From: a virus
Reading direction: 5' to 3' (one strand)
Virus record (IMG/VR): IMGVR_UViG_3300044908_000045
Coordinates: 58,239 to 122,238 of that record
DNA: 64,000 nucleotides
Shown: in pieces, positions 38,151-45,921 of the stretch
Layout: every line of letters starts with the position of its first letter
Numbering within the stretch: the stretch's first letter is position 1
Translations under genes and position numbers: made by a program
Notes under the pieces: model-generated
The model's database searches: none
What the model was told of the DNA's origin: nothing
Seen by the model: the letters and a program-made list of their open reading frames with translations, nothing else

Positions 38151-38186
38151 TTGACAGACGCCCGAGATAGCGTTAATGTCCCCAAC
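38151..38186 (+). promoter_or_regulatory. Sigma70-like promoter with operator GTTAATGTCCCCAAC (38172-38186)
   Basis: TTGACA-N17-TAATGT upstream of the PEP-CTERM gene. Confidence 0.6.
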
Positions 38187-38205
38187 TCATCAGAGAGAGG
38201 GACAG

Positions 38206-38844
38206 ATGCGTAGCTTACTTCTGGCTGCCACGGCGGTCATGGCGTTAACCATCACGGCGGCGCAAGCCGATCAGATCACGGGCGGGGCTGGCGGAGACTG
38301 GGCGACGACAGGGTCGGGAGGCGGAGCGCTCAGCATGAGCACGGGCGGTTGGTCGGCAACGGCGTTCGATCCAGCCGACGATTTGGGGAATGCGGTTTTT
38401 GGTGCCTCATCCCTCACGACCAATGTGCAGTCGGCCGGTGTATTTTCTGTGAAGACCGGGGGTGTGCAGTCGTTCTCATTCACCAGCGGCGCGAACACGC
38501 TGGATGGCACCCTCCACTTGGCGGACGTTGTTGACAATTCGTTGAATCCTCATGTTGACGGGACGCTCGACATCACCGCGGTGACGGGAGACCTTCTGTC
38601 CACATTTACGGTCGGCGGCACGGCGTCGTTCGACGCGATCATGGAAGATGTGACGACGCGGCTGGATGCCTTGTCGCTCACCAAAAATGAGGAGAATATT
38701 TTTACCAGTAGCTTTGAGATCGTACCAAACAATGTCCCCGAGCCGGCTTCGGCCTTGCTGCTCGGCGTCGGCCTGCTCGGTATCGGTTGGATAAGGCGCC
38801 GGCGCGCACCTGCCGCCATGCGGGCAGGCGTCGGCGGCGTCTGA
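38206..38844 (+). CDS. PEP-CTERM sorting domain surface protein
   Basis: Sec signal MRSLLLAATAVMALTITAAQA; C-terminal VPEPASALLLGVGLLGIGWIRRRR. Confidence 0.9.
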   Translation: MRSLLLAATAVMALTITAAQADQITGGAGGDWATTGSGGGALSMSTGGWSATAFDPADDLGNAVFGASSLTTNVQSAGVFSVKTGGVQSFSFTSGANTLDGTLHLADVVDNSLNPHVDGTLDITAVTGDLLSTFTVGGTASFDAIMEDVTTRLDALSLTKNEENIFTSSFEIVPNNVPEPASALLLGVGLLGIGWIRRRRAPAAMRAGVGGV

Positions 38845-38920
38845 TTAACCAGCTCTGCCGCCTTTAGCGTTTCAGGCGGCGAGACGCGGAGCCGGTGGAC
38901 TCCGTGGTCCTCCCAAACTT

Positions 38921-38944
38921 GACCCGGCTAGCCGGGTCTTTTTT
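38921..38944 (+). terminator. Rho-independent terminator
   Basis: GACCCGGC-TA-GCCGGGTC stem followed by a T6 run. Confidence 0.8.
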
Positions 38945-38973
38945 GTGGGATTGCCGCGCTCTAAGGTGATGAT

Positions 38974-39435
38974 GTGCACCAAAGCCAACTGTTCCCCGGC
39001 GACAACAAATTTCACCGTGGGAATGGCGATGATGGAAAGCACTATTGGCTGACGCCGCCTGATCTCTATGCGGCGCTCGACGCAGAATTTCACTTCGATT
39101 TTGACCCCTGCCCCTATCCTTTGCCGCCTGGATTCGATGGCCTGCGTTGCGAATGGGGATCGCGGAATTACGTCAATCCTCCCTTCGGATCCATCATCCA
39201 CCACGGCAAGAAGAAAGGTCCGACCGCATGGGTGCGGAAGGCAATTGCAGAGCAAGCCAAAGGGCGTCTCTCGGTGTTGGTCTATCCCGTCGACAAATGG
39301 GTGCTCATGCTCTTGGCGGCGATCGGTACGGAAGTTCGCAATCTGGGCGACGTGCGCTGGCTCTCTACCGAGGACCGTAAACCCGGCAAAGGCACAGGTC
39401 GCCATATCGCGGCTTTCATCCTGACACCTAGATAG
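38974..39435 (+). CDS. Phage Dam-type N6-adenine DNA methyltransferase
   Basis: WLTPPDLYAALDAEFHFDFDPC, DGL..EWG...YVNPPF. Confidence 0.8.
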   Translation: MHQSQLFPGDNKFHRGNGDDGKHYWLTPPDLYAALDAEFHFDFDPCPYPLPPGFDGLRCEWGSRNYVNPPFGSIIHHGKKKGPTAWVRKAIAEQAKGRLSVLVYPVDKWVLMLLAAIGTEVRNLGDVRWLSTEDRKPGKGTGRHIAAFILTPR

Positions 39436-39505
39436 CGGGGGCGTCATGGATGCGCATCGCCCTTTTTGCGCTCTCACCAAAATGGTGCTTGCCCGCCGTT
39501 CCGGT

Positions 39506-39520
39506 GTTGGTTATGCTAAC
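39506..39520. promoter_or_regulatory. Operator GTTGGTTATGCTAAC upstream of the MPFD gene array
   Basis: 14/15 identical to the reverse complement of the OL-like site at 10108. Confidence 0.7.
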
Positions 39521-39547
39521 CCCATTCGACTCATCAAGGGGATGACA

Positions 39548-39910
39548 ATGCCATTCGATGACAACACGATCCTGTCCTATCGCGAGGAGACGCCGCTTGA
39601 CCGGCGGCGTCAACTGATCGCCGCCCTGCGGAACCTGCCAAAAGAATTCGAGTGGAACTTCGTTGTGGCCAGAAAGAAGGCCGAATGCGGCAGTCAGGGG
39701 TGCGCACTCGGGCTGGCCAGCATCCTGTGGCCCGACAAAGTTCATCCGGAATGGCCTAATTTTACCGCAGTCGGCAGTCAAATCGGGCTTTCGCGAAAAG
39801 CTACCTGCCATATCATGGGTCTTTATGGGCGCTTCGCTGGTTACCCTAGATACTCGGTTACCGCCGCGATGGTCGCCGATGCCCTGGAGGAGACGATCGA
39901 TGCCGTTTGA
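39548..39910 (+). CDS. MPFD-family protein (divergent; CGSQGCALG)
   Basis: AAGGGG RBS; MPFD start; its DAV-stop overlaps the next MPFD start. Confidence 0.6.
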   Translation: MPFDDNTILSYREETPLDRRRQLIAALRNLPKEFEWNFVVARKKAECGSQGCALGLASILWPDKVHPEWPNFTAVGSQIGLSRKATCHIMGLYGRFAGYPRYSVTAAMVADALEETIDAV

Positions 39911-40244
39911 TAATCTCCCGGTTGTTTCAAACCCGGTGCGCGACGTGATCGACCAAGCGATCGATCGCATCGAGACCGATGGGTGGTGCCAGGGATCTCT
40001 GGGTGTGCACCCAAAAAGCACCAGAGGGCTCAGCGTTTGCCTGCTCGGCGCGATCGGGATTTACCAAGTCAGGGGGTCGTACTTTGCGCCTACCCCAGAT
40101 GTCGAGGAAGCGAAGCGATTGCTCGCCGAGATGATTCCGCGGTGCGGAGACGAGCAGCACTCGCTCTTTATGTGGAATGACGATCCCCAGCGCACCCGCG
40201 ACGAAGTCATTGATTTGCTGAAACGAGTCCGCGACCTCGCGTAA
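39900..40244 (+). CDS. DUF6197-like protein, MPFD family
   Basis: GWCQG...VCLLGAI...WNDDPQRTRDEVIDLL. Confidence 0.75.
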   Translation: MPFDNLPVVSNPVRDVIDQAIDRIETDGWCQGSLGVHPKSTRGLSVCLLGAIGIYQVRGSYFAPTPDVEEAKRLLAEMIPRCGDEQHSLFMWNDDPQRTRDEVIDLLKRVRDLA

Positions 40245-40257
40245 CAAGGAGATTAGC

Positions 40258-40635
40258 ATGCCGTTTGACGGAACGACGAACCCAACCCTCGAAACCCTGA
40301 TCCGCGCAAGACAAATCCTCGCTGAGGATGGGTGGTGTCAGGGTGTCTTGTGGGACCATCGCGGTCGGGTATGTGCGATCGGAGCGCTGCTCAAAGGCGG
40401 CGGACTGCCATGGGAAGATGACCGTCGCTCGATCCTCCCTGCTCTCGGAGTCCTCATTGAGGCCAATCAACTCCCACCAGAGGATGATCCTCGTTTACCC
40501 ACTCCCGAAGCCCGATTGCAGATCAGCGTCGTTAGATGGAATAACGCCGCCGGTCGGACCAAAGAAGAAGTGCTCGATGCGTTCGACCGAGCCATCGAAA
40601 GCCTAATTCCGAGGAGTCATTGCGATGCCGTTTGA
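40258..40635 (+). CDS. DUF6197-like protein, MPFD family
   Basis: GWCQG...GRVCAIGAL...WNNAAGRTKEEVLDAFDRAI. Confidence 0.75.
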   Translation: MPFDGTTNPTLETLIRARQILAEDGWCQGVLWDHRGRVCAIGALLKGGGLPWEDDRRSILPALGVLIEANQLPPEDDPRLPTPEARLQISVVRWNNAAGRTKEEVLDAFDRAIESLIPRSHCDAV

Positions 40636-40945
40636 CGGCGCTGAACTAAACGAGACCGCCGCCGCCCTCCTCCGCGCGCGGCAATATTTAGTGGAGCGCG
40701 GCTGGTGCAAGGGCGCATTTGGGGATGATGGGTCGCCTCGTTGTATGGTCGGCGCTATCCTGAGCGCGACTGGAGCGCGCGGATGTTTCGACCCTCTGAT
40801 CTTGGGAGCAATGCGGGCGCTGAAGCCTGTTATTGGCAGTTCCGGCACGGTCGTGGGATGGAATGACGCTCCTGACCGCACCGAGCAGGAAGTGCTCGAC
40901 GCCCTCGATCGAGCCGCCGCCATCGCGCATAGCGAGGCGCTGTGA
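40625..40945 (+). CDS. DUF6197-like protein, MPFD family
   Basis: GWCKG...CMVGAI...WNDAPDRTEQEVLDALDRA. Confidence 0.75.
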   Translation: MPFDGAELNETAAALLRARQYLVERGWCKGAFGDDGSPRCMVGAILSATGARGCFDPLILGAMRALKPVIGSSGTVVGWNDAPDRTEQEVLDALDRAAAIAHSEAL

Positions 40946-41178
40946 GCGGCGAGATGGAGGAATTGTTTGTCTGGGTCGAGGACGGCTCAGACAACAAGGA
41001 GGGGACGATCGCCGCGATCATCCAAGGGTTTTCGGGTGGCCCGATACCCCTCCAGTCCCGCAGTCGCGCCATTGCGATGCAATTTCGCGAGTTCGCCGAA
41101 GCCCATCGCCAAGCGTTCGGCAACCCAGTACGCCTGCTGCGCTTCCGCCGCGACAGTGTGGTCGAGGAACTTCCCTAA
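40942..41178 (+). CDS. Phage hypothetical protein
   Basis: GTGA coupling with the upstream gene. Confidence 0.5.
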   Translation: MSGEMEELFVWVEDGSDNKEGTIAAIIQGFSGGPIPLQSRSRAIAMQFREFAEAHRQAFGNPVRLLRFRRDSVVEELP

Positions 41179-41912
41179 TATATAAGGTGAACGATGGACC
41201 AGATGATCATCGCGACCCCGCCGCAGGAGGACGAGATTGTCCTGTCGCTGATCGAACAGAAGACCGTCACCCACGACACGGTGCGGATCAATGTTACGGT
41301 AGCCGCGCAACGCGACGCCGAGACCGACGAAACCGAACTGCGCCAGCGGATTCGGGCGGTATTGCGCAAATTTATTGAAGGCGAATGGCGGTTCACTGGG
41401 GTTCAGCGATTACAGGGGCAGACACGGTTCGAGATCGTCAATGTGCAGGCGGTGGTGCGAGCTTCCGAGAGTGAAAACCGGCAACTGGCCGAGCGCGCGA
41501 AGGCGGTGTCGCAGCAGGGTTTGGAATTGGTCAACCCGCAGGCGACATACGCTCTGCCGGTGGCGAAGGTACGCGAGATCAATCGCGACTTGCGGGTCGC
41601 GCTGGCGGCACAGGCTGCCGCCGAATGCGCGCTCTACAACAAGAACGTGCGACCGTCAGGGCTGTATCGCGTCGCCGTCATCGAATTTGCCGACACTTGG
41701 CGGCTCAATGCCCCAAGTGCGGATCTGGCAGCGCAGAAGATGCGGGCGTCTTCGGCATACGCTACCGCGAACAATGTCTACACGCCGAGCGGCGGCAGCG
41801 GAGCCGAGCCGGATGTCGAGGAGGGCGGGGCTGATCTCGGCGTCAGCGAGCGGTTCTGGGTCGCGGGTCAAGTCACCCTGCGCGCCAAGATCGCGTGAGC
41901 CCTAATATATAA
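41173..41912 (+). repeat. 13-bp direct repeat CCCTAATATATAA (41173-41185, 41900-41912) flanking one gene
   Basis: Exact AT-rich repeat in GC-rich DNA; 11-bp match also at 31574-31584 upstream of terS. Confidence 0.75.
41194..41898 (+). CDS. Hypothetical protein, possibly SIMPL/DUF541-like fold
   Basis: V..DTVRINVTV near the N-terminus and a terminal beta strand GQVTL; weak similarity only. Confidence 0.5.
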   Translation: MDQMIIATPPQEDEIVLSLIEQKTVTHDTVRINVTVAAQRDAETDETELRQRIRAVLRKFIEGEWRFTGVQRLQGQTRFEIVNVQAVVRASESENRQLAERAKAVSQQGLELVNPQATYALPVAKVREINRDLRVALAAQAAAECALYNKNVRPSGLYRVAVIEFADTWRLNAPSADLAAQKMRASSAYATANNVYTPSGGSGAEPDVEEGGADLGVSERFWVAGQVTLRAKIA

Positions 41913-41924
41913 TGAGTCCCAGCC

Positions 41925-42557
41925 ATGCCGAAGAAGGGCGTTTCTCTCACCCCTGAGCATCTGGCAGCGATGGCTGAGGGACGCCGCCGTGCCGCTGCGG
42001 AGCGAGATGCGGTCGTGTCCCCGATCCGCCCGACGACCCGACCAGTTCCAGAAGAATCGGGGAACGCCGCGATGCTCACTGAACTCCGCGCGAGCCGCAC
42101 GCTCCTCGAAGCAATTCGCGCGCTCCTAGAAACGAGGTTGCCTAGTTGGGCGGCTACTGCGCCAAGTACAGTCGCACGCGACATGAACCGCGAGACCAGC
42201 AGACAGTTCGTTGCGGCAAAGCTCGACCGCGCCAAAGAGGCCGTTCGCCAATTCACCAACACCAAGGTCAGCGACGGCAATCAGTGGAACGACACAGGAT
42301 CACCCAGTGCGGTCCCAGCTGTCGAGCCCGATGGCGCAGAGGACGTATTCGATCTCGGCGATGAATTGACTGAACTCAATCGCGAGATCGCCGACGAATT
42401 GCCCCCACCGCCATCACTCGATGAGCAGTGGGTCAGCCGATTGGATAAGTTCAAGCGATTTGGGATGTGGCTGCCAGAGTGGTCGGGTCGCCCCGGTCAA
42501 GCAGATTGCGATGCGCCAGTCGAACTCCTGGAGGAATACGGCTTTGTCAAGCGATAG
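41925..42557 (+). CDS. Phage hypothetical protein
   Basis: Long ORF; C-terminal W...W.GRPGQ.DC.AP..LL motif. Confidence 0.55.
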   Translation: MPKKGVSLTPEHLAAMAEGRRRAAAERDAVVSPIRPTTRPVPEESGNAAMLTELRASRTLLEAIRALLETRLPSWAATAPSTVARDMNRETSRQFVAAKLDRAKEAVRQFTNTKVSDGNQWNDTGSPSAVPAVEPDGAEDVFDLGDELTELNREIADELPPPPSLDEQWVSRLDKFKRFGMWLPEWSGRPGQADCDAPVELLEEYGFVKR

Positions 42558-42763
42558 GTTTGTCGTGGCTTGGCGATTCCCATGTGATGCCCGGCATCGG
42601 ACACTAGACCAAGCACTCGCCGCCGGTGCAATCGAACGCCAGCGCTGGCACGATCAGAACCCAGACCACAAACTCGGCGCATTGTGTGTTCAGCGCATCG
42701 GTGCCAATGATGAGTGGATCGTGTCGGCTTCCGTTCTTGGTACATCCGCACTAAATCTGGTGC

Positions 42764-45061
42764 GTGAAGAGCAAGGAACGACCTCTAGCGGGGAAGGGCA
42801 CTAGACGCCAATCCCCCGTCCTGCGGCTAGGCGACGAGGCAATACCGCCCGAGTTACGCCATCTCCGCAATCACCCCGCCTTCGAACTCGCATACCGCTT
42901 CCCAAAGGAAGGACTAAAGCACTTCGAGCGACTGCGGTGTGAGCAGTCGCTATTGGCGTTTTTTGAGCGGGCGTGGCGAGAGATCGACCCGGCACCACTT
43001 AAGGTTAACTGGCACCATCAGTGCGTGTGTGCACACCTGGAGGCCGTAACTCGTGGCGAAATCCGCCGTCTCGTGGTGAACGTCCCGCCGCGCGCAACCA
43101 AAACGATCATAGTAAACGTATGCTGGCCAGCGTGGTGCTGGACACAACCAAAAATAGGTCCATTGTCGGGGCCGCAGACCAAGTTTATGTGTATTTCCTA
43201 TGGGCAAAGGCTCTCGACTGAAATTGCAACTCTTGCGCGGCGGCTGATCCTGTCCGATTGGTACCAAGGTCATTGGGGCGAGCGGGTTAAAATTCTCGAT
43301 GACCAAGGACGCATCGACAATTTCGGCACGACAGCGGGAGGGTTCCGTATCGCCACCTCGATGACCGGATCGACTCTTGGCCGAGGCGGCGATTGCGTTG
43401 TTGGCGATACTACAGTAATAGGCTATGCTGGACCGCAGCGCATAGATGAAACAAAGCTAGGCGATTATGTATTATCCTGCACGAAAGAAGGAATACCAGT
43501 CTACCGTCGAGTTATTGCTGTCGCTAGGCGCCCGCCGAGGGCCATCTGGCGGGTATGTACTCGATCTGGAAACGTGGTTGAGGCGACGGGAGAGCATATA
43601 TTCTACACTAGACGGGGTTCAGTCAGCGCAATGGCCCTTCGTCCTGGTGATGTTCTCTTGCGCGCACTGCGGCAAAATTTGCTGTATCCCGCACGCGGAG
43701 GAGCGTTCCAAGTCGAAGACGATATCGTTTCCGTGGTTGAGAAAACGGACAGAGAGGAACTCGTCTATGATATCCAAGTCGAAGAAACGGGCTGCTTTTT
43801 TGCAAATGGAATAAAAATCTCCAATTGTCGAATAATTGATGATCCCCAAAGCGTAGAAGATGCCAATAGTCAGGTAGAAACCGAAAATGTTACGCGGACC
43901 TATCGGGAATCGCTGCAAACCCGCGAGACCGACCCCTCGACCTCGGCTGAGGTGCTGATTATGCAGCGCCTCGGTCAGGATGACCTTTCAGGATACATCC
44001 TGCAAAAGGCTCGCGACGATGTTATTCACGTTTGCTTGCCAATGCGCCACATCCCCGAGGCGCACTGCACGACACCGTGGTACGACGATCCACGCACCGA
44101 ACGCGATGAATTGCTCTGGCCTGAGCAATTCCCCAAGGAAGTTGTTGACAACTATGAGTTTGAATTAGGGCCGTTTTCGTTCGCCGGTCAGTTTATGCAG
44201 CAGCCTGTCCCACGCGGGGGCGGGATTTTCAAAAACGAGTGGTTCGAAGCGTGGCCACCGCTTGACGAGATGGGCGAACCGCCGATCGGGGCGATCGTCA
44301 ATGGTCGGATCATCTACCCAGCGCTTGAGTATGTCGTAGCATGGCTCGACACCGCGCACACGATCAAAGAGGAGAACGACTTTTGCGCGATGCTGACTTT
44401 TGGCGTCTTCCGCGCCGAAGGGAAGGGGCGGATCGAACGCCAAACCGACGGTCAATATATCCGAGTGGCAGACGATCAGGGATATCCGAAGGTTCTGCTG
44501 CTGAATGCGTGGCTGAAACGGCTGACAATCCACGGACCCCCGGAAGAACTGCCGCCTGGGGTCGATCTTAAAACCTGGAATAGCCCTCAGTATCTGCTGG
44601 AGCGGCAGAAGAACTGGGGGCTCGTCGAGTGGGTCCATCACACTGCGAAAAGATACAAAGTTGACCATCTCGGCATCGAAACCCAGGCCGTAGGCCATCA
44701 GCTTGAGCAAGAACTGCACCGCCTGCACTCTGACGCAACGTGGAGCGTCGAACTCGTCCCGGCTCGGGGTGATAAGGTGGCGCGCGCCTACGCAGTGCAA
44801 GGGATTGTATCGTCAAGACAAGTATATCTCCCCACTTTTCCTGATGGAACCTACCCAAGCTGGGTAGATCCTTGCCTAGATCAGATTCTTATGTTCCCCA
44901 AGGGAAGATACGACGACGCAACTGACGCTTTTTGTGCTGCTCTAAAGCATCTCCGCGACATCGGCATCTTTGAACGGCGTGGCGAATACGAGATTGCCGA
45001 AGAGCAATCCAAGATTTGGATACCTGGACAGCAGCGACTCGAATTGCCCTACGATCTCTGA
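42764..45061 (+). CDS. terL: Terminase large subunit with mini-intein
   Basis: NWHH, RLVVNVPPRATKT (Walker A region), GRGGD/IIDDP (Walker B), DTA...ND, GIE, FPKGRYDDATD nuclease motifs. Confidence 0.95.
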   Translation: MKSKERPLAGKGTRRQSPVLRLGDEAIPPELRHLRNHPAFELAYRFPKEGLKHFERLRCEQSLLAFFERAWREIDPAPLKVNWHHQCVCAHLEAVTRGEIRRLVVNVPPRATKTIIVNVCWPAWCWTQPKIGPLSGPQTKFMCISYGQRLSTEIATLARRLILSDWYQGHWGERVKILDDQGRIDNFGTTAGGFRIATSMTGSTLGRGGDCVVGDTTVIGYAGPQRIDETKLGDYVLSCTKEGIPVYRRVIAVARRPPRAIWRVCTRSGNVVEATGEHIFYTRRGSVSAMALRPGDVLLRALRQNLLYPARGGAFQVEDDIVSVVEKTDREELVYDIQVEETGCFFANGIKISNCRIIDDPQSVEDANSQVETENVTRTYRESLQTRETDPSTSAEVLIMQRLGQDDLSGYILQKARDDVIHVCLPMRHIPEAHCTTPWYDDPRTERDELLWPEQFPKEVVDNYEFELGPFSFAGQFMQQPVPRGGGIFKNEWFEAWPPLDEMGEPPIGAIVNGRIIYPALEYVVAWLDTAHTIKEENDFCAMLTFGVFRAEGKGRIERQTDGQYIRVADDQGYPKVLLLNAWLKRLTIHGPPEELPPGVDLKTWNSPQYLLERQKNWGLVEWVHHTAKRYKVDHLGIETQAVGHQLEQELHRLHSDATWSVELVPARGDKVARAYAVQGIVSSRQVYLPTFPDGTYPSWVDPCLDQILMFPKGRYDDATDAFCAALKHLRDIGIFERRGEYEIAEEQSKIWIPGQQRLELPYDL
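43394..43825 (+). mobile_element. Mini-intein (144 aa, no endonuclease) in TerL
   Basis: Starts CVVGDT; block B EATGEH; block F VYDIQVE; ends FFANGIKISN followed by +1 Cys. Confidence 0.92.
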
Positions 45062-45103
45062 TAAAGGGCTTGACGCCCCGCGATTTGTGGGCTTCAATTG
45101 CGC

Positions 45104-45325
45104 ATGAAGCGCACCCCCAACCCTCGCCTGCACTTCGAAGTCTCGGAGACATTGGATGCTGAACTTCGGGCCATCGCCGAGGATCAGGGGGTTACCCTAG
45201 CTACCGTGCTGCGCGCCGGGATCGCGCTGGTCAAGATTTACCACCGCACGAAGCAGACCAAACGCCATCTCGGGATTGTTTCCGACCCGGCGGTTCTCGA
45301 CACCGAGATCATCGGGCTTTTTTAA
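45104..45325 (+). CDS. Ribbon-helix-helix (CopG/Arc-like) regulator
   Basis: RLHFEVSETLDAELRAIAEDQGVTLATVLRAGI. Confidence 0.7.
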   Translation: MKRTPNPRLHFEVSETLDAELRAIAEDQGVTLATVLRAGIALVKIYHRTKQTKRHLGIVSDPAVLDTEIIGLF

Positions 45326-45340
45326 CCCTCGGAGGACGAC

Positions 45341-45787
45341 ATGCAAGTGCCCGAAATCATCACCAAGCGGCTAGCCGAATTGAACCGCTACATCGACGAG
45401 CTGGAACAGCTTTGGCCGCTTCTCGAAGAGCGCGAAGCGCTACAGATCGCGATCGATGCGATCCGCAGCAAGGGTGCCCCAGCAGGCACACAAGAAGACT
45501 TCGAGCGAGTCGCCGCTACACACCAGGATATGCTTGCGGCAAAGGCTTGGGCGTCTGCTGAGCCGATCCCGCATCTGCGAAATACAGACAAGGGCGAACC
45601 TCCAGAGGGGTTGCTGCCAACGATTTCTGAGAGGATTCTGGGGGCGCTCACCGAGCCGATGACCGCGCTGCAAATCGCGCACGCGCTTGGTGTTCCGGTC
45701 GCGAATGTTTCGCCGCGACTGACAACATTGTATCAGCGCGGCAAACTGACCCATGAAGGGAATTTGTGGGGTCCGACTGCTGGCTGA
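45341..45787 (+). CDS. Coiled-coil plus winged-HTH protein
   Basis: GGAGG RBS; ILGALTEPMTALQIAHALGVPVANVSPRLTTL. Confidence 0.6.
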   Translation: MQVPEIITKRLAELNRYIDELEQLWPLLEEREALQIAIDAIRSKGAPAGTQEDFERVAATHQDMLAAKAWASAEPIPHLRNTDKGEPPEGLLPTISERILGALTEPMTALQIAHALGVPVANVSPRLTTLYQRGKLTHEGNLWGPTAG

Positions 45788-45921
45788 ATTAGAGCCGCGA
45801 GTGATCGCTCGGAAGACAAGAACGACCGCCGAGTAAATCGTGATATAAACTAGGGGCCAGCCGAGATCGCTGGCCTGATCCGCATCCAGCCTCGGGGTCG
45901 TGGCGTGCGTAAAGGCACGTC

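Noticed and set aside
10108-39520. Host LexA or CtrA boxes as the explanation for the repeated operator
   Set aside because: The alphaproteobacterial LexA box (GTTC-N7-GTTC) and the CtrA box (TTAA-N7-TTAA) do not match GTTRR-N5-YYAAC, and the best sites flank cI/cro
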